A stretch of DNA of 64,000 bases from Histomonas meleagridis 2922-C6/04-290x (taxonomy: Eukaryota > Protista > Parabasalia), in contig JAANOX010000198.1 of NCBI GenBank assembly GCA_020184695.1, forward strand, positions 90,815 through 154,814, read 5' to 3'. How positions within the stretch are numbered: the first letter of the stretch is position 1; each line of letters starts with the position of its first letter. Position numbers and translations under genes: made by a program. The notes beneath the pieces were generated by a model that saw only the letters and a list, made by a program, of their open reading frames with translations, was not told the DNA's origin and searched no databases. Of the stretch, positions 11,403 to 23,815 are shown piece after piece.

Positions 11403-11810
11403 GCCATTAATCACCAACTCCCACGATAGAAATATAGTTAAGATCATGATCAGTGTGATTTTATAAACAGATAATACAGTATTTACAATACAAGATATCT
11501 TGTATCCAAATTGAAATTGTAATATATTTTTGATCTGAGTTTGGTCATTGATTTTTCGAAAGAATTAATGTATCTTGAAATGAAGTTTATTCATTTATTT
11601 CACTTATTTAAAATTACAAGTAACTCCAATTAATAGGAATATGCTTTTTGAATAAAAGTTAAAAGAGACTTGTGCTTGTTCATTGAATGAATCTTCTTTA
11701 TCCAAAACGATACACTTTTTGAATACCAACGTTTGACCAAATAAGTGACTTTTTATCAATGTTTTTGTGTGTAACGATACAAATTCGTATCAACCAAAAG
11801 GAGGAAAACC

Positions 11811-12941
11811 ATGTTTTTTTGGCTACTGTTTCATGCACAAAGCCAAAAAATATACCCCACAGTAAGCATAATTAATCATTCATATTGGAACCAATATCGC
11901 ATTTGTTTTCCTCCTTTCAACTGGTCAATACCCAATGGAATCAATCAAAAACAACTTCCATTATTTTGGGCACAGCCAGAAAACTCAAGACATTTCCGGG
12001 ATACTAATTCCAGTGAGCATTGTGGTATTGTTCGAATTGTTAAAAATGGTTCAATTAAACTTCCTTTTCCATCAATTTCTAATGTTACACATTTTATTAA
12101 TACTAATCATCCTCCATCTCATTCAAAAACACAACGCTTCAATAATTTGCTTATATTATCTGGTCATTGGGGTCATTATTTTCAACATTTCTTTGATAAC
12201 ATTGGCCCTCAATTTGGTCTTGTTTCAGTTTTAGACAACATAATTAATATCAGCAATACCACTGTCATAGGGGATACCTCACCATTATTTCCAAATGTTC
12301 CAAAACTTTGGAATCGCATGAACATCAAAAAATTTATATCATCTCAAGACAAAACTTACACAGCACACAATCTCATTTACGTAGAGTCCTGTCCACGTGT
12401 TCATCCCTATTTTTTTAGTGTCTTACGTGATCAATTGTTATTGCAAATATCCAAACCCAAATACATCATATTTATTTCACGTAAAAACACCAACTCTTAT
12501 TATAATCAACGATTTATTCTTAACCAAAACAGTATTATTAATACTTTAAAGTCACTTTATGGAAATCGCGTCTTTGTATTTGACCATAAGCAACATACAT
12601 TAAGTGAAACCATAGCAATATTTGGCAAAGCAATTGCAATAATCGGTGCGCATGGCGGAGGTATGTATAATCAATTCTTTGCCCCGAAGTCGTGCGTTAT
12701 TGTTGAGATAATGCCCATCAAAGAAAACGGTCTCTATCCCGATCAAAATTCATTCAAAGATGTTCCATCGTTCTCGCATATGTCGGTGTGGTCTAATTCC
12801 TTGTTGATTGGTCAAAAGTTTTACAGATTCTATCAAGTAACAAAGTACCCTAACTTTAGAGTTGATGTACAGAAGTTTAAACGGTTCTTGATAGACATCG
12901 AAGAAATAACTCCAAATAATTACCCAAATTTCGAGTTGTAG
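11811..12941 (+). CDS. glycosyltransferase family 61 (DUF563)-like protein
   Basis: YFQHFFDN, IIFISR..RFILNQ and HTLSETIAIFGKAIAIIGAHGGGMYNQFF..VIVEI are typical GT61 C-terminal motifs. Confidence 0.85.
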   Translation: MFFWLLFHAQSQKIYPTVSIINHSYWNQYRICFPPFNWSIPNGINQKQLPLFWAQPENSRHFRDTNSSEHCGIVRIVKNGSIKLPFPSISNVTHFINTNHPPSHSKTQRFNNLLILSGHWGHYFQHFFDNIGPQFGLVSVLDNIINISNTTVIGDTSPLFPNVPKLWNRMNIKKFISSQDKTYTAHNLIYVESCPRVHPYFFSVLRDQLLLQISKPKYIIFISRKNTNSYYNQRFILNQNSIINTLKSLYGNRVFVFDHKQHTLSETIAIFGKAIAIIGAHGGGMYNQFFAPKSCVIVEIMPIKENGLYPDQNSFKDVPSFSHMSVWSNSLLIGQKFYRFYQVTKYPNFRVDVQKFKRFLIDIEEITPNNYPNFEL

Positions 12942-13099
12942 AATAAATGTATTTTATATCGATTTTTGATATTTACAAAATAAATAAAAACCTTAATCAG
13001 GATGAATTATTCATCAGGAATGTGATATACAATGATCGGGGAATTAAAATATGTTGAAAAATTAAATTGCATTAGTATATGCAAGCAAACTTGATCGAA

Positions 13100-13440
13100 G
13101 AAAACTCACGAAATTTAGATTTAATTAGCAACAGTTATCATCACAGAAAATGAAAAAACAATTGAAACTTTTTCGTTATCTGGTTGTAATAATTTAACAT
13201 TTGTTCATTTTACATGTTATCAATCACCAACTGACATAAGTTATAAACACCATCAGATTTATGTATCAAGAGGTTCATTTGTTGAAGAATGTTCTCAATA
13301 TGTTTGTCCAACACATGCATTTACTCAATCAAATGCATTTATTGAATCATTACAATCTGATGTAACGTATATTCAAACATTAATTTTAATACAAACAGTT
13401 ATTTCCAAAAATATTTTCACAAATACTTTTACTTTTTGAT
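13100..13440 (+). pseudogene. degraded BspA-like 3' fragment
   Basis: FSLSGCNNLTFVHFTCYQSP followed by HAFTQSNAFIES...NIFTNTFTF, similar to the last LRR and stalk of the other BspA genes in this window. Confidence 0.45.
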
Positions 13441-14542
13441 GTTTAAACCATTTTATTCTGATGTAAACGAAATTTGTTTGGGCAAACATAACCAAACTGG
13501 GCAATCGTTTTTTGCTACAGACAAACCTTGTCAACCTAAGCTATTCTAACAACCTTTCTTAGATAAAAAATAGATGGAGCAAAATGTCAGATTATGAAGA
13601 AAAAATTATGATATAAGAAGCTAACAAAATCATATAAATTATTGATTTTTGTAATTTCTTCACATTTTTTGAGTTTCAAATTCTGGTGAATGCAGTTAAG
13701 AAGAAAAAAATTGATAAATATCATATGCTGAAAAAGAAAAAGAATCAAAGATTTATGAATAATAAATAAAACATTATAATTCACATATATGTTGAAAGGA
13801 TAATAGCAAAATAAAATTGGATGGGAAAAAAGAATGTACATTATAGCATAAGGATATTTTTAATAAATGGATGCAGATTTCCAACGATAGAATCAAATGA
13901 ATGAAAAATCTTTATGATCCTATTTAATCAAAACATTTTTATTTTTAGAGTTCATATATCATCCCACTTAAATCTATTTTAATCTCGCAAAATATAAAGC
14001 CATCAAAAAGCGGGAGTCTTGAAAAAGTTCGAATTATTGTTCACTTTTTGAATGGTTTACTTGGAAATTGAATGATTTTTGGTTTCGGTACACAACACTC
14101 AGATGAAAAACCACATGCCTAATGATGGGATTACCATAAGCACAGGAGATAAAAAGTTGGAAAATTTATCAACCGGCTTGAAATTCCTAATTAAAATTGA
14201 GAAAAATATATTCGGTTTAACCGAAGAAAACTTTCAGCCGTCCATTAAAAAAATATTGGAATTATTCGATTCAAATTATCCCTTTACGTTTAATACCATT
14301 ATAAGTAACATCGTTTATAATGCATTTTCATCAAAAAAGCAAGTATTTGATATTTACTTAAATTTTTTAAAGAAACTTCAAACTAAAGAAGAAGAAATTA
14401 ATCAAAACACAGTTAAATTAATAGCAATTTTTATCAAACGTATATCTGCAGCAAACACACAAGAATCATATTATTTAATAGAACAAATGATTGAACAAAA
14501 TTTAATTGATAGAAATATAACTAAAAACATTAAATCAAAATA

Positions 14543-15811
14543 TAGGGGGTGGAAAAAGTCCGTTCGTCAGCTTTTTTTTGATTTATATTAGATATTAATG
14601 AAATCAAATTATATAAATAAAATTTATAATAAATATATTATCATTATTATTATAATACTTTTTTCCAAGTAAATATGATGCATGAAGTAAAACTACTTTT
14701 TTTCATGATACCTCTGAAAGAGGACGTTTAATCATTTTGATGTCAGTTCCAATTGAGGAATTACGTTCTGTTGTCCATTTCCTTTGGTTAGAATCAAATG
14801 AAAATCAAGACATATATAGGCGATTATGTGCTGTATATGGTGATAATATTATTACACTTCGAACAGTTCAGAAATGGACAAAAAAGATGAATGAACATAC
14901 CTTCTCAATTTTCGAACAGAAAAAAACAGGGAGACCAAGAAGATCGGATTTCGATCAAAGAATAACCAGTTTTATATTAAGTTATCCATATGCATCGACG
15001 AAGAAAATTGCGAAGAATGTAGGCGCAGATCCAAAAACAGTGAAAAATATAATGATTAATATTTTAGGGATGAAAAAAGTTAACTTCAAATGGATTTCAC
15101 ATAAGTTGACTCCAGAAATTAAAGCCAAAAGAGCTGCCATTGCTTCTGAATTATTTGAATTCCTTTCTAGTTCAAATGACTACTAACTAAGACACATATT
15201 GACGCAAGATGAAACCTGGATTTATTTTGTTAACGGGAGAAACTCGATGTGGATTGAATCTGGAGTGCAAAAACCATACAAACCCAAACAAACTATTGCC
15301 TCCAAAAAAAGTAATGATATCTGTTATATGGTCTATAACTGGTATCAAATCAATAACAATGCTCCCGATAGGCCAAAAATTTAATCGAATTTTTTTTTCT
15401 GAAGTTGTACTTGAAGATTTGGCTAAAAGAATTTCAACGAAGGGATATTTTTTGCATATGGATAACGCCCGGCCTCATTTGGTTCATGAAAAATTGAATT
15501 AATTGGGGATTAAAAGACTTCCGCAACCCCCGTTTTCGCCAGACCTCGCACCTTCTGACTTTTTCTGTTCGGATATCTATGCTCGAAGGTGAGGAGTTTG
15601 AAAATGAAGATCAACTTTTTCAAAAGGTTGAAACATTACTGTATAATATTCCTAAAGACACCTTCAGAGCCGTATATAATGAATGGATGAACAGACTTTT
15701 AATTACAATTGAAACTCAAGGTGAATACATATCATAATAAATAAACAAAATTTCTTTTACTTTTTTATTCATTAAAAAAAAGGCTGACGAACGCACTTTT
15801 TCCACCCCCTA
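14543..15811 (+). mobile_element. full-length mariner (IS630-Tc1-mariner) element, 1269 bp, defective transposase
   Basis: TIRs are TAGGGGGTGGAAAAAGTCCGTTCGTCAGC and GCTGACGAACGCACTTTTTCCACCCCCTA. TA target duplication at 14541-42 and 15812-13. Transposase (ATG 14740) has HTH, TQDETW, HMDNARPH and PPFSPDLAPSDF, with stops at 15184 and 15500 plus frameshifts. Confidence 0.95.
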
Positions 15812-16621
15812 TATTTTGCTCATTATCAACCAAAAGAAGAAAACCAAAACCATTTTTCATTTGGGTCTAATAGAAATGATCCAAAAGAAAAATACTTTTT
15901 GGAAAATTATGAAGAACTTTCAAAGAATGATTGGGAGCTTCATAAGAAATATATTAAAGAAGGAGTTAATCCAAATGAAACTGCGAAAATCATTCGAAAT
16001 GATGAAATAGAAAAACTTCAAGAAATATCATCACAAATAAAATTTGATTTTAACCAAACAATCGAACCATCATTTTATGAAAGATGTTCATATATTAATG
16101 CAGAAAATGTATCTTTAATTGATTATGCAGCATTCTTTGGATCAATTAAATGTTTTAAATATTTACTTGTAAATAATGCAAATGTAGAAAACACAGGTAA
16201 ATATGCAATTGCAGGTGGAAATGAAGAAATCATTCATTTATGTGAACAAAATCATTCATCATTTGAAGGTGCATATAAAACAGCAATTGAATTTCATCAA
16301 AATGATATCTTTAAATATCTTTATGAAAATAAATTAGAAAAAATACAACCAAAGTCAAAAATTTCTAAAGTCACACATTATTTGGTAGATTTTTGTATTC
16401 AAAAAGATAATTATGAAATTTTAGCATTTTTGGCAGAAAAAGGAATTAATATTAATGCTTGTAATATAAATGAATCAGCAAGAAATGGAAATTTATATCT
16501 CGTTAAAAATTTCCTTCAAAATAATCAAATTCCAAAAATTATTTTGCCATTTGCTTCAGAATCAGAAAATGTTGAACTCGTGAATTATGTTTTAGAACAA
16601 AAAGGAATTGATATTAATGCA

Positions 16622-17568
16622 AAAAATATTCATTTGAATAACTTGGAATATGTTTTAATTTTTTGAAATATGTTTTAATAATTTGCAACAGCACTTCATA
16701 TAGCAGTTAGAAATAATAATATAGAAATAGTAAAATTACTTTTAGATAAAGAAGGAATTGATGTTAATGCAAAATATATTCATTTGAATAATTTGGAATA
16801 TGTTTTAATAATTTTATATATGTTTTAATAATTTAAAATCTGTATTAATAATTTGAAACAGCACTTCATATAGCAGTTAGAAATAATAATATAGAAATAG
16901 TAAAATTACTTTTAGATAAAGGAATTGATGTTAATGCAAAATATATTCATTTGAATACCTTGGAATATGTTTTAATAATTTGGAATATGTTTTAATAATT
17001 TGGAATATGTTTTAATAACTTGGAATATGTTTTAATAATTTGGAATATGTTTTAATAATTTGAAACAGCACTTCATATAGCAGTTAGAAATAATAATATA
17101 GAAATAGTAAAATTACTTTTAGATAAAGGAATTGATGTTAATGAAAAAGATATTCATTTGAATAATTTAGAATATGTTTTAATAATTTTATATATGTTTT
17201 AATAATTTATAATATGTTTTAATAATTTGGAATATGTTTTAATAATTTGCAACAGCACTTCATATAGCAGTTAGAAATAATAATATAGAAATAGTAAAAT
17301 TACTTTTAGATAAAGGAATTGATGTTAATGCAAAATATATTCATTTGAATAATTTGGAATATGTTTTAATAATTTTATATATGTTTTAATAATTTAAAAT
17401 CTGTATTAATAATTTGAAACAGCACTTCATATAGCAGTTAGAAATAATAATATAGAAATAGTAAAATTACTTTTAGATAAAGGAATTGATGTTAATGCAA
17501 AATATATTCATTTGAATAACATGGAATATGTTTTGATAATTTGATATATGTTTTAATGATTTGAAACA
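16622..17568 (+). repeat. ankyrin module array with spacers built from a 20-nt unit (TGGAATATGTTTTAATAATT)
   Basis: Near-identical TALHIAVRNNNIEIVKLLLDK(E)GIDVNAK modules. Spacers counted as 60, 80, 120, 100, 80 and 60 nt. Confidence 0.9.
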
Positions 17569-17749
17569 GTACTTCAAATTGCACAACAATTAGGTTACAC
17601 AGAAATAGTAAATTTACTCCTTGAAAAAAGTACAAACGAAAATTCTAATTGTCTTTTTCAATAAACATCAAATCTTCACTTTCAATAAGAAATGGAAATG
17701 AAGCATATATTGCTTAGTAAATTCTTTACTAAAATAAAGATGAATTTTT

Positions 17750-20620
17750 TGATGATAATTTCAATGATTTTTTGATTTACAACTATCTCTGTAAGGTTAT
17801 ATTCCACAAGAGATATTGATAAACCACAGAAAAAATAAACCAAGATAAATAATTATAACTGCTATCATTTACTTTGAAATTCTAATCACCATAAGTAGCA
17901 TTCATTAATTCATTATTTTAATGTATCAACACAAATTCCAATAAATTCCTTATTACATTTCCACTACTTTTAACAGATGGTATGCAGTTAATAGAGTCTG
18001 TAGTAGAAATATATTTATTTTCATTATTTTCATTATCTAATTCATAAGCATTAACTGCTATAAATACTGGTTTTCCTATAATAAAATTATCAATATTTTC
18101 ATTATATTCAATAGGTGCGTTGGGTTTAATTGTCTTATTCATTTGACCATCACCACTACTGCTTATAATTTCTTTTCTATACTGAGAATTTTAGTAATGC
18201 CAAAAACTAAGCTCATTTTGATAGGAAGCAATCCTCCAGGTATATGTTCCAGGAGCTTCAGTAGAATTATTATGATACAAAATCTAAAAATATGCCTGTT
18301 CCCAAAACAGAATTCTGATATAGCACAATATCATTTGGGACATTCGTATGAGTTGCTGGATTCAAAGTATTAGGTTTATCTGTAATATCCTTATAACTAT
18401 GAATATGTCCATTTAATGAGAAAAAACTAACATCAATATAATTAATAGAATTACAATTTATATTGCCATTGTTTACATTAAAACTGATATTATCATCGTT
18501 ATTATTAAGTATACCAAAATATAATGTATTACCAGAAGTTCTTATTCCAGCTATAATCACTATTATAATCATTACTATCATGAAAATCAACACAATCTCC
18601 AATCTCCATTACACCATCACTATTGATAGTAGCTATACGATTATATGTTCTACTAGTAATAAGTTTGATGAAACAGTTAATTCTTTTGGGGTGTTAATTA
18701 AGAAAAGTAAACTTATAGCAATATCTGATAACGATTTATTAGATTTCATAAATAAATATATAAGAAGAGTATTGAAATATAATTCTATTATAAAATTTAT
18801 CAATAATGATTTTAAAGAAGTTAATGAGGAATCTTTTTGCTCAAAATAAAGAATATGATAAACATATTGAACAAGCAAAAAATGAATCTAAATTTGAAAA
18901 AGAAAATTATGAAAAAGAATTAAAGCATGGACAGGAATTAGAAAAACAAAACTATGAAAAAGAACAAGCTATTAAGAAAGCTAAGGAAGAAAAAGAAGAA
19001 TCACGTAAAATAAATCAAACAATAGAGACAAAAGACTTTAGAACTCAATGGTTTAAAAAATTAATATGTTTTAAATGAACTCAATAATCATCGAGATATT
19101 CTTTCGGCATGAATTAATGATATGGGAATGAATATACAGAATATAACAAGCAGCTATTGAACAGAGTGATATAAAAAGACAGATTAATGAATTAGAATTT
19201 AAATATATTTAGAATTAGATAATAAAAAGAAAGAATTACAAGAATTAAATAATAGAAATGTCGATGAAACAGGATTATCTCAATCAGTTAAAGTTAGACA
19301 TCAGAATTATTTACAAAGAATGGCAATAGATAGAATGCAAAAAAGAAGTGAACTTTTAAAAGAAAATCATGAATTAAAATTAGAGTATCAACAGATGATA
19401 TTAATAAAATTGATTAAGGAGAAGCAAATAGATTACAAGGAATTATTTGAGATAATGAAATTAAAACAAGGAAATTAATTATCTTGATTCTGATTATGAT
19501 GTTTATGCTGAAACAGAAAATATTAAATATGATGAAAAATAAAAAAATTCTCATTCGAAAGCTAAGATTTTTGAATTAGAGAAAACACAAGAAGAATTGG
19601 GGTAATTACCCAATGATAAAGATATTAATGAAAATTTGAAAAAAATGCTGTTGATGAACTTAGAATAAAACGAATTAATGAATTGAATGATAGTAAAGAA
19701 AAAGAATATCAATCAAAAGTTGAATTAGTGAAAAGGAAGGCTTCTAGTAATGCTTATCTAAACGAAGACTTTATCAAATTAGCTAAAGAAGTTGCTGAGA
19801 AAGAACAGCAAGCTATGAATAATATGTAATAAAAAGAACAACGAGATATATTAGAAAAAGCTCGTCGTGAATCAATTATTTTACAATAGCAGTTAAATGC
19901 AGCAAGAACTACTAATAATTTAAATGATATATCTGTTATGGCTCAAATTGGATATCATTTACAGAAATTAACAAAATTACCTAGGAAAAGGACTTGTAGA
20001 ACAAATGATTGTTTTCAGACAAAATATTATAATTAGATGTAATATGTTTGGTAAATCTGGTTGGGAGAGCTATATTATTATATATTCTCAATTGAGAATC
20101 ATGATTTTAACATATTTTATATTGGATATGATATAACTCATGAGTTTTTACAAGGTCCGAATTCAGCTTTGAAACGATTGATGAATAGTTAATTAATTTT
20201 TTATCTTATATAGATGTTTGCACCTCAAAATCAACAACCTAATGTAATAGATGCATGAACGAACATTTAGAGGACTGGTATAATGCAGTTGATGAAGCAC
20301 TAAAGTTATCAGAGATTATTCCTGAAAAATCTGAATATTCTACAGCAACATTCTACGAAGATGTTGGAAAAATAAATAAGAGCGATATTACTTACGTCGA
20401 TATAATCAGATCGTTTCCAAATGATTAGTTTAAATAATTCATATATCACTTTAGAACAAGAAATTATTATTAACGTTAGTTTATAGTTTATCTGACGAAG
20501 CTAAGGCTGGAAATGATTGTTTTGCTACAATAGATAAAATAAGCAATCATGATCCTTTTGTACATGGTGTATATTGTGATTTTTCAGCAATAACTGCTAG
20601 TTAAAATATTTATGTAAAAA
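17750..20620. mobile_element. decayed multi-ORF island, possibly a Maverick/Polinton relic
   Basis: Broken ORFs on both strands: APIEYNENIDNFIIGKPVF..STTDSINCIPSVKSSG..ATYGD*NFKV, a GHIHSYKDITDKP motif, and long coiled-coil remnants with many stops. Resemblance to trichomonad Maverick ORFs is from memory, not from a search. Confidence 0.35.
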
Positions 20621-20689
20621 TTCCTTGTCGAATCTCATTATTTTATTTCTGATTATTATTTAATATAAGATATTTGAGCTATATATATA

Positions 20690-20759
20690 ATTTGAGCGTA
20701 AGTGTTTCCCATTCGTTTTGAGATTTCTGACTTGTTGTTGCTGCTTGCTTTTGGTTCAT
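20690..20759 (-). pseudogene. 5' fragment of a DUF3447-ankyrin family gene (inverted paralog of the 22616 start)
   Basis: MNQKQAATTSQKSQNEWETLT vs MNQNQTATTNQKFQNEWETLT at 22616. Confidence 0.8.
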
Positions 20760-21666
20760 CTTGAACATATAAACTACTCATTAACTTAGTATTGGATTTT
20801 GTGAATATTCGCTTTTTCTAAATTTTACTTGATCGGTTTCAGTTAAAAACACTTTTTGAATACTTTCGATCGGTGAGTGAGCTTAAACAAACACGGATAT
20901 CTTGGATATAAATTGGAGATCAGTAATAAAACATTGTTTTTTTCTTTAATGAGTATATGAATATTATATATAAAATTACAACAAATTTGAGGCGAAATTT
21001 ATGATGATATAGGGGTTGCATCCAGGTACGATCAAAATCAACTTTTTCAATACTTTCGAAAAAACATGTTTTTGTATCTCACATATTTCCATGTATATAA
21101 TAAATTATAAAATTTATTGTTGATCCAGGAAATAATACTACATGGACTTCAAGTTTATTATGTTGTTTCCGTATAAGGTAAGCCTAAATAAATTTATCAA
21201 TATAATATATAAATCAAATTATCGTAATTTTTTGATACAAACATTACATGGCATTATATTTTATAGTGCTAGAAATCAAATAAATTAAAACAAAATCAAG
21301 AAATCCACAAAACGAAATGAAAAAAATTAAGTAAGTCTGTTCAAAGACAAAAGATACAAATAATATTGAGTGATTTATAATATTATCAAAAGATTCTGAC
21401 AAAATAAAGTTCTTATAATTTCATAATTTTTATCATTTGGTGTTATATGCAAATGTCTTAGATAATATTTTAAACATATCAAAAAAAAATTTTCCATACG
21501 TACATGAATTATGTGAATACAATTTTTCAACATTGTTGTAACCCGAAATGTTTTCTGAAAATGAACGGTCTCCAAATTGAATACTTCACACTCGGGAAAA
21601 GTTGATTGGTGCATCAATTGTTGGCGACGGTTACAGATCGGCAATAAATTTTACGGTGTCAAATTG

Positions 21667-21728
21667 ACGATAGATATACGATAAAACGTTTTGAACATGT
21701 TCAAAACGTTTTATCGTATATCTATCGT
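21667..21728. repeat. 62-bp perfect palindrome
   Basis: ACGATAGATATACGATAAAACGTTTTGAACA|TGTTCAAAACGTTTTATCGTATATCTATCGT. Confidence 0.95.
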
Positions 21729-22615
21729 GAAAGTGACATTGGTGTGAAATATAATTGAATTGCTTACATTGGTATAAAGTATTGAAAAGGTTGAATGACA
21801 TTTTGACGTGACGACTTTTTGAATAGATTTTAATCGTTGAATATTTTGTTAGTCGTGTGTAAACTATATAAAAAGTGAAGAAATATTGACCGTTTATACG
21901 GATAACATATCGGGTTATTACAAACATCTCTCAACATAACATATAATTATTTTGATATATTTGCCATACTTTTATAAGTTCAAATTATATATATATATCA
22001 TAATAACAATAATTTAATCATATACTCGTTTTGTCTCATATGTAACATATGAGGTTGGACCAATTGAACCTTCGACTTTTTGTGCGGAAAAATACTTCCG
22101 TTACTATAAGACTATTAATATTGAATTATAAAAGTATATTCTGATTATTAACGGTTTTGGGGCGGTCGACGAAAATCTTCCGTTCTCAACACTGTATTAT
22201 TGATATTTTGTATTGATGTAGGCTTTTAACCTCACGGATAACCTATTGAATCACTAATTATAAAAATCGATTTTTTCAAAGAATTTCATAGATTTCACTA
22301 TATATTATTTATTTTGTTGCATCGTCTTAGTTCTTAGATAATATATTAGATTATTAAAAATCGTTTTGTATCAAATAAAATTAATAAATAAATAATATCC
22401 TCTGTTGTATTTATGAGGTTCAGCATGCAAAATTTGAGAAAAATCTGCATTTGCTGCTTCATATCGGCAACGATAGACTTCGGTCTATAACGGTCGCCGA
22501 TACGATAGAGTGAAAATCTTGAATTTAATAGTTCACTCATAATTAAATAGTTTACTTAATTGAGCGATTTCTTAGAATTTCCATACGCAACAGTTACTTA
22601 GATATTCTTCCTAAA

Positions 22616-23678
22616 ATGAACCAAAATCAAACAGCAACAACAAATCAGAAATTTCAAAACGAATGGGAAACACTTACAGCGCTCAAAAAAATAATCTTTG
22701 GTTTGAATATAGATAATTTTTCTCAATCATCAAATTTTATTATCAGCAAGTTTTGTAAAGAATATCCAATATCTTATGATATCATTATATTCCGAATGAT
22801 ATATATATATATCTTCTGATTGATAGTAATAATTTTGATATATATTTGAAATTATTGCAAGAAATTGAAAAATATGAAGAAAATAATAAAATCAACACAA
22901 AAATAATAAATTTATTTTCTCAATTTCTACTTAAAGAAAACACACAAGAATCATTTTATTTACTTAATTACATGATTAAGTATAATTTACTTGAATCAAA
23001 ATTCATCAAAAAAATACATTTAATCCATTTTTGTTCATATTAATCAAGATAAATCAAAATGAATATAAATATTTATTTGATCAAGAAAATATTGCTTATG
23101 AAGAACTTTCACAAAATGACTTTGCACTTCATAAGCAATTAATTGAAGAAGGAGTTAATCCAAGAGAAATTGCGAAAATAATTCGAAATGATGAAATAGA
23201 AAAACTTCAAGATATATCATCACAAACAAATTTTGATTTTAATCAAACGATTAAACCATCACTTTATGAAAGATGTTCATTTATTAATGAAGATAATGTT
23301 ACATTAATTGATTATGCAGCATTTTTTTCTGCAATTAAATGCTTTAAATATTTACTTATGAATGGTGCAAGTGTAGAAAATACAGGTAAATATGCAATTG
23401 CAGGTGGAAATGAAGAAATTATTCATTTATGTGAACAAAATCATTCATCATTTGAAGGTGCATATAAAACAGCAATTAAGTTTCATCTAAATAAAATTTT
23501 TAAATATCTTTATGAAAATAAAATTGAAGATATTAATAATTTGATATTTCAAAATAATATTTGGAAATTATTTAAATTATTTTATACAGCACTTATTTTA
23601 GCATCTTATAAAGGTCATACAGAAATAGTTAAATTACTTCTTGAACAAAAAGGAATTGATATTAATGCTAAAGAATAA
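22616..23678 (+). pseudogene. DUF3447-ankyrin gene, frameshifted and internally deleted (one ankyrin module)
   Basis: Three consecutive ORF pieces match the single 42786-43652 ORF. DUF3447 is joined directly to a partial spacer and one TALILASYKGHTE module. Confidence 0.75.
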
Positions 23679-23738
23679 TTAGCTTAAGCTAATAAAATTT
23701 TGGATATCTTTATCAAGAATAAAAACCTTTGCATAAAT

Positions 23739-23740
23739 AT

Positions 23741-23772
<32 letters not shown>
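23739..23772 (+). repeat. (CAA)n microsatellite
   Basis: Run of about 10 AAC/CAA units. Confidence 0.9.
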
Positions 23773-23815
23773 AAAGCTTTTTAACAAAAAGAAAAAATAT
23801 TTAAATATCAAATTT

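Larger units (their letters stand above)
14103..17664 (+). pseudogene. DUF3447 + ankyrin-repeat gene, split by a mariner and with spacer-interrupted ankyrin repeats
   Basis: Removing the mariner joins the N-terminal ORF (14103-14542) in frame to FAHYQPK...IIRNDEIEKLQE..SLIDYAAFFGSIKCFKYL (DUF3447). Six TAL/TVL ankyrin modules follow, ending at TAA 17662-17664. Confidence 0.8.
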
